The notes beneath the pieces are model-generated. The model did not search any database, was not told where the DNA came from, and worked only from the letters and a program-made list of their open reading frames with translations. A DNA stretch of 33,394 nt from NCBI GenBank assembly GCA_051453625.1, contig JBOZIK010000001.1:11096974-11130367 (forward strand), written 5' to 3'. The position numbers and the translations under genes are program-made. The stretch comes from Welwitschia mirabilis (taxonomy: Eukaryota). Shown here piece by piece: positions 1-11,116 of this stretch; position 1 is the stretch's first letter; each line of letters opens with the position of its first letter.

Positions 1-690
1 GAGTATCCTTCAGATGAAGGTCGGTAATTCCATCTACTCTCCTTCTTGAAAGCTAATAGTATCTCTAAATACGTGACCATAACATAAACTGTTATGGAAT
101 AATGGACTGGTGTTATGGATCAGCCCTCTATAAAGTACACTGTATGCAGGGCCAACTATATGACAAGAACTCCTCACTTTTCTATCATTAGATCTATCAA
201 AACATTTAATGCAGTACCATATGCATGGTGCTTCTTAGTCTCTCCAGTAAAATAAATGTCTAAACTTCTATGCCTATCTAAATATTTAGATTGATGTAAT
301 ATGGGATGGAAGTATGACAATCTCATGGTCTCGAATATATGCTACAATCATGTTGACTAAGTAATCTTGAGAATTTAGATAATGCTCTATATGCATGGTG
401 TCATAGAACTCTCTCATCTTTGATATAAAATATGACTCATGCATATCTGTAATCCATCAGAGCTGGAGATCTGTGAGCCTTTGATCAATCTTAAGCTCTA
501 TCTAGCTTATGAAATCTTCAAAGTAATGATCAACATGAATAATGGCTATATGAATCATCACAAAACATCTTTTTTGAGGTGGAGGATGTACTAGCTCTGC
601 ATACTTAGTCTCTAATGATACTAAAGGGTCTGCCTCTTACTCTATAGCCTTGGCCTCAGCTCAGCTTGTCTAGATCTACACGTATAGGGC
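1..690 (-). pseudogene. Decayed Athila env-like / accessory 3' ORF (ATHILA ORF / plant transposon protein type), truncated by the window edge
   Basis: Manual minus-strand translation gives ...WITDMHESYFISKMREFYDTMHIEH...IVAYIRDHEIVI, with MREFYDTM at 417-394. This resembles the (L/V)REFYAN...VRG.(I/V) motif of Athila 3' ORFs. It lies downstream of pol; its stops are TAA/TAG/TGA, consistent with deamination. Confidence 0.65.
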
Positions 691-1016
691 CTACTCAATT
701 AAAAATATATAAAAAACATAATGTAATATTAGATAGATATATCAAATACATCACATGAATACACACAATAATGACCCTAAAATTAAATAAAAAAAGAAAA
801 ATGATAAAAATATGTTCCATATTACCTAGTCATGAGAAGAAAAATGTGAAATGCATGAAAAGTTAAAAAGGAGTTTTTAAGTAAGCCCTACATGTGGTAA
901 AAATTCAAATTTAATCTAACAAAATTGTAGAACACATTAAGCTGATCAATTTTTCCTAAAGGATTACTATGTTTCAACCTATGATTTGTGAGAAAATAAG
1001 TTTAAAATATGGGAAG

Positions 1017-1616
1017 NNNNNNNNNNNNNNNNNNNNNNNNNNNNNNNNNNNNNNNNNNNNNNNNNNNNNNNNNNNNNNNNNNNNNNNNNNNNNNNNNNNN
1101 NNNNNNNNNNNNNNNNNNNNNNNNNNNNNNNNNNNNNNNNNNNNNNNNNNNNNNNNNNNNNNNNNNNNNNNNNNNNNNNNNNNNNNNNNNNNNNNNNNNN
1201 NNNNNNNNNNNNNNNNNNNNNNNNNNNNNNNNNNNNNNNNNNNNNNNNNNNNNNNNNNNNNNNNNNNNNNNNNNNNNNNNNNNNNNNNNNNNNNNNNNNN
1301 NNNNNNNNNNNNNNNNNNNNNNNNNNNNNNNNNNNNNNNNNNNNNNNNNNNNNNNNNNNNNNNNNNNNNNNNNNNNNNNNNNNNNNNNNNNNNNNNNNNN
1401 NNNNNNNNNNNNNNNNNNNNNNNNNNNNNNNNNNNNNNNNNNNNNNNNNNNNNNNNNNNNNNNNNNNNNNNNNNNNNNNNNNNNNNNNNNNNNNNNNNNN
1501 NNNNNNNNNNNNNNNNNNNNNNNNNNNNNNNNNNNNNNNNNNNNNNNNNNNNNNNNNNNNNNNNNNNNNNNNNNNNNNNNNNNNNNNNNNNNNNNNNNNN
1601 NNNNNNNNNNNNNNNN
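1017..1616. other. Assembly gap (600 N)
   Basis: Run of N. Confidence 0.99.
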
Positions 1617-3119
1617 AAAGAGAAATTGTGGAAAAGAAGATCAAGCCATGGTTTTAATGCACTATCATCCACTAGCATTTCTAGATGATAGCCCTAAGAT
1701 AAATATCAAAAAATCTTAGGCTATTGTTTGCCTAGTTGTCTAAATGACCAGGTGGATAATGAAACTTCGAAAAAATTTAGAAAAATGAAAAGGTGAGCTA
1801 AATAGGTTAGGATTAGATATTAATATAAAGGTATTAAAACTTATTAGAAATTTCAAAAGATAGGAGATGGATGAATAATCATGACAAATAAGAATTAAGA
1901 ACGAATAAAACTATAAATAATTGAAAGATAAGGCAATGAAAATTTACTAAGTAGCATGAAGCTTTATAAAACATATTAAAAAAACATGCCCAAACTGAAA
2001 AATGATCATAAAAAATATGTAGAACTCCAATATACTATAAGGAACATTATAAAAATCCATAAAGAATATCATCTAATCAAAACGCTAAAATGAAGTTAAC
2101 TTTATTTGATAAAATAACATGATCGAAAATGAAAATAAGAACAAGGAAAATACTAAATGATATGATCCTAAAAAAATAATGAAAAAGTATAGAAATTACT
2201 TTGAAATAAGAAATTAAACAATCAAAGAAAAATAAAATCAAAATAGGCAACTATAAACATGAAGTAGATAGCATACATATCCTAAATCCTACCCTAGTAA
2301 ATCCACTTGAAAGGCATCATAAAGCTACTTGAGTAAAGATGCATGACAAAATGTATCAAGTTTATAATGTTTCACTAAAAAAGGCAGTAATTGTGATAAC
2401 ATAAAAGTGTAAGTACTTAAAGGAATTAATGACAAGACCAAAAGCTACTTAAAAATGAACTTACCTACTCATACCTCAAAACATACCCTAATCCTCAAAA
2501 GCAAAATGATCATATGGAAATAATAAGAATCTAAAAAATAAGCAATGTATTTAATGATATCAAGAACACCACTAATCCCATAGCCTTAAAGTGTTATTAT
2601 TATCTTTTCATAATAAGGAAAGTGCAACCATAATTAAAAAAGTAAGAGTGTGCAAAGCATGACTAATTGATCCCTAGCAGAGTTCCCATAGGTACCAACA
2701 CTACCAAATGTTCCTTTTAGAAATATTTACCTTGGTAGAATAGGAAATGATAATGATCACATATTTTAGAATAAATACAATAGATTATGGTCATTATTTT
2801 ATTTTGATTTAAATAAATGTCATATAACCACATACTCAAAAACCAAAACATGAGGAAATGAGATGAAAGATAGAAAATAACACCATAAACAAACAAATAG
2901 CTCATACCATTAATAAAACAACAAGAAATAAGGAATCTTCCTTTAAAATAAACTTAATAGATATATGAATGTCTTAAAATTAAATGAATCTAATCTTAAC
3001 ATTTTAAAATATTCAAGTGTGAATAGTAATCATGAAAACTTCATAAAGTAAATACATAAGTTAAGTTAAATATGATTAAGTAATATCATAACATATACCA
3101 ATGGAATAGGCTAAGAGAA

Positions 3120-6100
3120 AATTTAGATAATAATAAGGAGAAGACCTCCTCATCAAGAGAAACCTATAAAACAAATGATTTTATCATGTTTAAGATTATA
3201 TTGAAAGATTTTTTATATATTTTTAATCTTTGCCTATTAACTTTCTGAATCTCCCTAGTGTCTAAGTTAGAAATCTTAACTAAGAATCAGAATGTAGTTT
3301 TTTTATAAAATAAAAACTTAATCATTTAGAGGTCAACTTATTGTGTAAAAAGTAAACTCTAGTATTGTATAAAAGAATAAGTTGATTGAAGTCAAACTTA
3401 TATGAATTAACTTTTTATCATGTTTGAACTTAACTTAGGATTTGCAAATGATTTGACGAAATATAACATAAGTACATTTTTCATTTAAGTAATTAATTTG
3501 GGATAATATTTTTTTAAAATGTTAATAAATATTTATAAGATTAAATTGATGGGAATAATGATAAAAGTTATAACAATCATCCACTAGTAAAACAAAAACT
3601 TTTCCTTATGCAAGTTCATAAGGTGAAAACTAAGATAATTATACCAAGTAGTATGATAAGTTCAAATAATATCATTAAGCCTAGAAACCCAAGATTCTTA
3701 TTAATAAAGACAAGTTTTTACAACATTTTCTTATATTCTCTATTTGCATTTTCAGCCTGTCCATTGATCTCAGGATGATAAGCACAAGCTACTCTATGTT
3801 TTATTCTAATGGATAAAAGAAGTTTACTAAAAACCTAATTAATAAAATGAGTTTCTTGGTTACTAATGATAATCCTAAAAAAATCAAATCTCTAAAAAAT
3901 ATGAGTTTTAAGAAAATGACAAAAAGTTTGAACATCATTTAAAGAAGTAAGAATAGCTTCAACCCATTTAGTAACATAATCTACAGCCATTAAAATATAA
4001 TGTTTATCATGATAAGGTGAGTGAATAGGGTCTATAAAATCAATACTCTAATAGTCAGAAGATTCACATTCAAGAATAGATCTAATAGGAATCTCCTGAG
4101 CATAATTAAGGCTACTATAATGCTGACAAGGATACACCTTCTAGCAAAATTAAAAGAATCCTGAAAAAGAGTAGGCCAGTAAAAACCAGAATGAAGAATA
4201 TACATAGTCATTTTTTATCTACTAAAATGCCATATACAAATACCACCATGACAAATATGAAAGATTTCAGATTTTTCCTAATTAGGCATACATTTTTTCA
4301 TAATTTCATCTTTATACCTATGATATAAATGTGGTTCTATCCACTCATAATCATCTATTCTATGCAAAAAAGATCTACGTTGATTATAAGTTTAATGTTG
4401 TAGTTTTTCATTGTAACAAGGTAATTATCAGCATACCAAGGAGGAGGATGAGTAGAAGATATAGTAAAAAGTTGCTCATCCAGAAAAGAGTTATCAATAA
4501 TATAATCATGAAAAGGAGAAGAAAGACGAGACAAATGATCAGCAATACAATATGCTTCCCTGCTTTATCAATGATGGTTAAGTTAAATTCTTGCATAAGA
4601 AGGATTCATCTAATCAATCTAGCACTAAAATATTTTTTAGTCATAAAGTAACAAATTGTAGCATGGTTAGTATAAACATTCATATAAAAGCCTAAAAGAT
4701 AATGTCTAAGCATATTAAAGAAAAAGATGGTTGCTAACATTTCCTTCTCTGTAGTAGTATAATTCATTTGAGTTCTAGATAGAGATTTACTATGATAAGA
4801 TATAACTTTAAAAACATTTTCATATTTTTGACAAAGTACCCCACCCCTGATAAAATTACTAGCATCACATATTAATTCATTTTTTTTTCAATTGATTCCT
4901 ATTGCAATAGGAGCATAAGAAAGTTTTTGTTTAAGCCTATCAAAAGCAAGTTGACAAGATTCATTTCATTCAAATTTAGCTTTTTATTCTAGTAACAAGT
5001 AAAGGGGTCTACAAATTTTTACATAATCATGAATAAAGCGATAATAAAAACCACAATAACCAAAAGACATTTAACCTGTTTTACATTTCTAGGGGAATTT
5101 AGGTTTTGAATAATACCAACTTTTTGAAGGTCCATCTTAGCCCCCTTTTTCGAAATATGATAACATAAAATAATTCCACTTTCAATATAAATAAACTTTT
5201 TACCCAACTCAATTGTAGACCACTAGAAATATACTCGATCAAGGAATTTCTCTAATCATTCTAAGATTTGTTTAAAAGTTTTAGCATAAATATAGAAGCC
5301 ATTCATAAAAATTTTAATTAAATCCTCTAACATATCAAAAAGAAACACCCATCATAACACACTAATGAGAGCATTAAAAGTCCAAAATCTATGCGTCAAA
5401 AAGTAAAAGTACCAAAAAGTAAAGTAAAAGTAGGTTTGGTATGATCCTCACTAGCAATACAAACCTAATTGTGACCACTGTATCCATCAAGAAAATAATA
5501 AAACACATGTTCCTGAATCCTATCAAGTATTTGATTAAGAAAAGACAAAGGACAATGATTTTTTTTTAGTTATTTCATTTAATTTTTTGAAATATATATA
5601 CATCCTTCATTTCCTATCTTTCTTAGGTACTACCATCAAAGGGCTAACCCACTCACTATCAACTATGGCATAAATGATTTCAGCATCTAGTAATTTTATG
5701 ATTTCATCTTTTACAACTTGCTTAAGGACTAGATTAAGTCTATGTTGAGGTTGCCTAATAGGTTTTGCATTATCTTCAAGGTAGATTTTATGTTGAACAC
5801 TTGAGGTAGGAATGGATATCAAATCTTTATAATACTAAGTGAACACATTTACCTTAGATTGCAAAAGAGAGATTAACCTCAATTCTTATTGAGGAGAAAG
5901 ATTTTCATTAATTATTAAAGGTTTATTTAGATCATTATTCAGAAAAATGTATTTCAGTCCACTCGATAAAGGTTTCAAATTTAGATTTGAATTTAGATTT
6001 TTATATTTTGTTAAATTTTCGATAAAGTTTACACAGTTGATAGATTCAGTCTCTTTACTCTTTAAATCAAAATAGTCAATTTCAAATGGTCAAAATCAAG

Positions 6101-8615
6101 TTGATCTTCATAAAAAAGTTTAAGTTTTTTTACTTCCAGTTGACTATCAAACAAAGTTGGCTCATAAAGCATTAACCATTTCTCTTCAAGTGGATAGTGC
6201 TATAAAAATAAAGTTGTCTTTATTTCTTCTTTCACACTGAAATTATTTCTTAACTATTTTTTAGCCACATTAAATACTTTTATTGAAAACTTTTTATTTC
6301 CTCAATGATACTCCATGAAACCCGTTCTTGTATTTATAATACAATCGGCTATTGAACAAAAAGATCTATCTAGAAGTAAAGGATAACTAACATTACGTTT
6401 AACTTCTATCACAACAACATCAATGGGATAGAATTCTTCTTTAATATGAATTATTAAATTCTTAATCATACCGAATGGTTTCTTCTCAGATGTATCCGCC
6501 AATCCTAGGACAATCCTTATAGGCTCTATTCTACTTTCGAACCGAAGTCATTAACAAATGTGCAAGAGCATAATGTTGACAACACTAACATTTGTTGCCC
6601 CCAGATCTTTAAACTTTGGACATTTGTATAAAACTAAATTATTAATGGATTATGCTAGGAATACTTTACTAAGGATGATTCATTTTTGTTTTCTCCTAAT
6701 CAGATCTTTTCACAACTTAGAATACTTAGGATTCTCTTGCAAAAGTTTCCAAAATAATTAACTCATACTCACATTTTACACTAGAGCTTTAAGATGTTTA
6801 TCAAAGGTAGGATTTATGTTCAGTCTATCAAGCCAAGGGGTAATAGGTTTTTTACAAGAAGAATTTTTCTTTTTATTGCTTAAAGGAGAAGGGAAAAAAT
6901 AATTTTTTAAAATTTCAATATCCTCTTCTTCTTCATTTTTATTACTTTAAGATTTTAAAGTCTCATTGGTAATAGGTTTTGTCTTATTTCTACTTCTTGT
7001 CATCACCTTACAATCTTTCTTAACTTTGTTTAGGTTTGGTAAAGGTTGAGGGGCAAGTGATCATTCTAGTCTTTAGTTAGCAAGCATGGTTTGTTATAAA
7101 ATACTCACAAGATTTTCAATGTTGAAATTTACTCTTTCTTGTGTTTTTCTCAACTTATCAATAGAATTTCTAAGTGGATCAACTTGGTTTTGTAAGTTGG
7201 ATGTTAATTATTTTAGTTACTTAATTGGAAATTTATGTTTTCAAATCTCTTTTTAAATGGTTAAAAGTTAGGATGATTTGTTTGAAAATTTTTAAAGTTG
7301 AATTGTCCATTCATCTGAGGTTGAAAATTGTTGTGATTTTGGATTTAACTTTGGTTTTGGTTTTGGTTGAAGTTTGAAGATATTGAATTAAAAGTACACA
7401 CTTATTCATAAATTCTTTTTTTGTATGTTGGAAATAAAGGATACTTTTTTGTAACATGATAATTATCTTCACACAAATCCCATGTTGAAGCTACAACTAT
7501 GCTCTTCTCTATTACCATCTTTACATCTAAAATTATCTGAGTATATTTTTCTAAAGTTGAGATGAAATCCTTAATGACATTTATTGGTTTATTTTCAGTT
7601 CTTATTTCTTCTTTTTCCTGCTTAACCTCCTTAAGATCTTTAATGATTTGATTTCTAGTTCAATTTTCTCTAAATAAGGGTTTACGTCAAGTTTGACTTA
7701 CTTCTACTAACTCTTCTAAGATTTTTAGGCATTTTCTAAAGTAAGGTTTAACAAATTTCCTCCATATAAAAAATCAACTAGTTACTTTATTTGATTATTG
7801 AGTTTACTATAAAAGTAGTCTACTAATTCTTCTTGAGAAAGAGAATCTTCAGAGTTTGAATATAAAGCAATGAAAAATATCTCATAGGTAGAGGCATAAT
7901 ATTCATTAGGTTGTTATTGGAATTTGGTTATTTCTTTTTATATTTTCTAATGGTAGTTTCACTCATGAATCTTTTAAGAAATCTTTTTGAACTTGGCTCC
8001 ATGATTTTAAACTTTTATAAGAAATCATGATTAACCGAAGTTTAGCTTCACCTTTTAAAGTAATAGGAAAAATTACCATGTAAGTTCTATCACTTATTCT
8101 TTTTTTACCATTTTCTAAAGTAATCACTAACTATTTGATGTCGGCAATGTGTTGTAAAGGACCTTCATCAAGCTCACCACTAAAAATAGGATAAGCATTT
8201 AGGTTCTTAAGTTCAACATCATTACCAAGAGGTAAATCAAAAAGGGTTTGGATTTCATATTTTTAATTAGAAATCAATTTTCTAAGGGTGACATTGGTAT
8301 TAGGTTTAACAAATGTAGTCATAGGGATTCTAATGATAAGGTGCAGATTAGGTGAAGCAGTTTGCTTTTGCTTTTGTGATAAGCTAGACATATTTAAAAA
8401 TTAAAAACTATCATCAAAATAATATCTTAAAAAATTTTCCTTTACAAAATCAAACTCTGAAGAAATGTAGAAATTTCTAGAATTTTTAAAACTTGCGTAC
8501 CTTTACTGTGCCTACCTAAGTTAATTTTGAAGTCAATCAAATCTTCTAGGATATTTTCTTATATGAACTGCCATCTCTTTGATATTTTTCTTTCTTACCA
8601 AATTTTACCATACAT
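3120..8615 (-). pseudogene. gag-pol: Athila A gag-pol pseudogene (Gag, PR, RT, RNase H, integrase)
   Basis: Start MYGKIW at 8615. RT motifs VVKDEIIKLLDAEIIYAIVDSEWVSPLMVVPKK (ORF 5607-5822), FLDGYSGH and FMNGF (from FMDDF). RNase H motifs CDASN and NYTTTEKEMLA. Integrase motifs YILMAVDYVTKWVEA, AYHPEINGQAE and the C-terminal KVNRQRLKIY (~3215-3245). Many stops and frameshifts; 3' end approximate. Confidence 0.92.
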
Positions 8616-9051
8616 GATTAGGTTTGATAAATAGTGCATGTTATTCTTGTGGTAATTTGGACAATAGTCTAGACGATAGAAACACAGAAAACATAAAGAA
8701 TAAAAAATTCAGAAAATAGAAATGCAAAACTAATAGACATGAAAAATAAAGACAGTAGACTATCATTCACACAAGTCATATAGATGAAAAAGTGGACAAT
8801 AGAAAAAACCTTAAAAAGTTTTCAAAAAAATGAAAAGCTAAAAACTCAAGGAATAGAGGTTATTATTGTTGCATATCATCTAGACAATGAAGCAAACGAT
8901 AAAGCTTTTATTTTGAAATGCAAAACTGAAACTATGAAAAGAAACATCTACAATACTATAGCTAAAAATATAGCACTACTATAGGCAAACATTCAAACTG
9001 AGATTCAAATACTCACTTGAGCAATGACAACTCTCAAACTTAAAGCAGCCT

Positions 9052-9069
9052 TTTCCAATAATGGCACCA
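9052..9069 (-). promoter_or_regulatory. Primer binding site of Athila A (tRNA-Asp type, degenerate)
   Basis: Minus strand reads TGGTGCCATTATTGGAAA versus the Athila consensus TGGCGCCGTTGCCGGGGA. All mismatches are C>T or G>A. It lies 3 nt from the LTR. Confidence 0.75.
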
Positions 9070-9072
9070 AAC

Positions 9073-10179
9073 TGTTTTGGTGCATATTTATGTAAACAAT
9101 TACACTCAAGAAGACCCTATCATTTATAAACAAAATAGATATCTTGCATAATACAGCACACTAATATAGATGGAAGTAGACCCAAATGTTGTAATCCATC
9201 AAATGCCCAGGTTAGAAGAAAGAGAATTGATTGTAGCAAGAAACACTTACATATTCTAGTAATAGAAATATATTGCATTGCAAAAAAGTACAATGCAACA
9301 CATTTAGGCAAAGTTAATCTATAAAGAAAAAGGAATAATTCATCTAAACTAACAATGCTCAACCTTCAAAAAGATTGTCCTCATAACCTATACCACTAAA
9401 AAAAATATCACTGAATTAGAAGCAAAATAAACTATGAAAAAAAAAAGTAACAATAAGCATAGGAAGTGAAAAAGAGTTATTTGTATTAAAGTTGAATGAC
9501 ATCCATGTTACAAAGTAGTTGCCCCTTAGTGGAGAAAGCACATTCCAACACTAAGGAAGATCTTTCTCTGCAACTACCAAGAATGGACCTTTAGCCCTTG
9601 ATCTCTTATCATGATAATTTCTAGTATAAGTAAAGACAAGATGGAGTTGAGAGCAGAATTGATACTTATTAATAACAAACACACTAATAATAAAATAGAT
9701 AAATAGGCATGAACACAACCCTAACTATAGCACAAAAGACATACAGAAAAATGGCACAAGTTAGGTGAATGTTTAGTAAAGCATTATAATAGATGTTGTC
9801 CTACTTATCATCTAGATGATATAAGGGACAATGCCACCTCATAAACAATCTATGTTATCTATCAGATTGATCATAGTCAGCATCTTCATTGGCTTCAATT
9901 ATTCTATCAATCGTATTATCATCTAGATGTTGAAATGAATGATAGGATTTTACAACTATTCATCTAATGCATTAGCCTTAGTGTTTGCAGAAAGTTTATC
10001 TCAAAAGTAAGAAGTATTAGAAAGTACTCTCAATGTTCCAAAATGTTATGGAGATTGTATGTTTTTGTATCTTTTATCTTAGCTCTTCATTATAGTGGAA
10101 ATCTAGCATAAACCTATCTAATATCCTATAAAACTACTCAAAATACCCTATCAAATGTATGTAATTTGGCAGCACAATA
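9073..10179 (-). repeat. 5' LTR of Athila A (~1107 bp)
   Basis: Starts TGTTTTGGTGCATATTT and ends GGCAGCACAATA on the + strand. Homologous along its length to 18527-19626 and 26448-28858. Confidence 0.92.
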
Positions 10180-10630
10180 AGCCTTGATAGCTTTAAATAA
10201 TAACCAGACTAAATGAAGTATCAGTTAATCATTTCTACCCCTAATTCCCATGAGGACAAAAGTGCCTTGCAGCTGATATGGCTACTAGAAAACTTAAGGA
10301 CATCTCTCGGGGAGAAATGTGAGGCCTTCCATTGTCCTCTACTATTGAGAGGGATTCTTTCCCTTATTGTGGAAATATCCAAGAAAGGGAAAATGGATTC
10401 CTCTATAATTTTTATTAAGATTCATTTAAAAGTAATTCTTTGCCCTCTTCATCTTCTGAAGAATGGGGCGATATCGGCCTCAAACTCTCCTTTTAGTTTG
10501 TGTAAAAGTGCTTCCTAGCCTAGGGCTTACACCTTTTCCTAGAGGGTAGGATACCTTTCGAACAAGCTTGGATTTAACTGCTCAACTATTGAAGTAACTC
10601 CCATGATAGCCTTGATTTAAAAGTGATACT
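10180..10630 (-). pseudogene. Distal fragment of LINE ORF2 / 3' region, beyond the copia insertion
   Basis: Rejoins to 15704 once the copia element and one TSD copy are removed. The frame continues after IWHTHNEVIFNK with few stops. No poly(A) tail before the Athila A LTR. Confidence 0.6.
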
Positions 10631-11084
10631 TGTTATATAAATACACAATAGCAAAGCTAGTAAATAGTGTAGGAAAAAAATATGAAGACACAAGGATTTA
10701 CATAGAAAATTCCAATGAGGAAAAAAATCATAGAAACTAATGTAGAACTCTATTATCTTCTTAAAGAATACAAGCTAAGAACAGGCTTTAAGCCAATAAC
10801 AGGCTTCAAGCAAGGATTTCTCACAAACTCTGTTGACTCTCTATCTTACAAATAAACAATCCCTACACTATCATTAAATAAGTCAAGGGTTACAATCAAT
10901 TACAGTTATAAGCCAAAACCCTAAAGAGGGTATCATCCATCTCTTAACATATGTCCCATCTCTACGTAAGGCCCCTACATATGGTTTAAAATAGAAATAT
11001 ATTATTACATATTAAATTGGAGTCAATGTAAAACATAACATTAAGGACATTACGAAATAATAAATTGGACTTCACATATCAACA
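10631..11084 (-). repeat. Copia 3' LTR
   Basis: TGTTATATAAATAC...CACATATCAACA; direct repeat of 15244-15698. Confidence 0.95.
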
Positions 11085-11097
11085 TTCTCCCACTTGA
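11085..11097 (-). promoter_or_regulatory. Copia polypurine tract
   Basis: Minus strand reads TCAAGTGGGAGAA directly before the 3' LTR. Confidence 0.85.
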
Positions 11098-11116
11098 AGA
11101 TAAATTTAGCACATCT

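Larger units (their letters stand above)
1..10179 (-). mobile_element. Athila-type Ty3/gypsy LTR retrotransposon copy A; decayed; 3' LTR lies outside the window
   Basis: 5' LTR at 9073-10179, degenerate tRNA-Asp-type PBS at 9052-9069, gag-PR-RT-RH-INT order on the minus strand, then a long spacer and an env-like remnant at 1-690. Collinear with copy B from ~3050 to 10179. Confidence 0.92.

Noticed and set aside
969..1719. Four ORFs of 221-239 aa in the ORF track
   Set aside because: They are open only because they span the 600-N gap.
4408..4596. Very hydrophobic ORF as a membrane or env peptide
   Set aside because: It starts in the pol frame (QEFNLTIIDKAGK) and shifts frame into T-rich sequence; an artefact of decay.
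4331..4651. Plus-strand ORF, similar to ORF 21490-22002, as a conserved antisense gene
   Set aside because: Both are antisense shadows of the same RNase H-integrase region in homologous copies. Their boundaries differ and there is no independent evidence of coding.
8784..9362. Short ORFs in the Athila UTR/LTRs (also 18680-19087, 26262-26474, 28306-28494)
   Set aside because: Chance ORFs in non-coding LTR/UTR sequence; frames and boundaries are not conserved between homologous copies.
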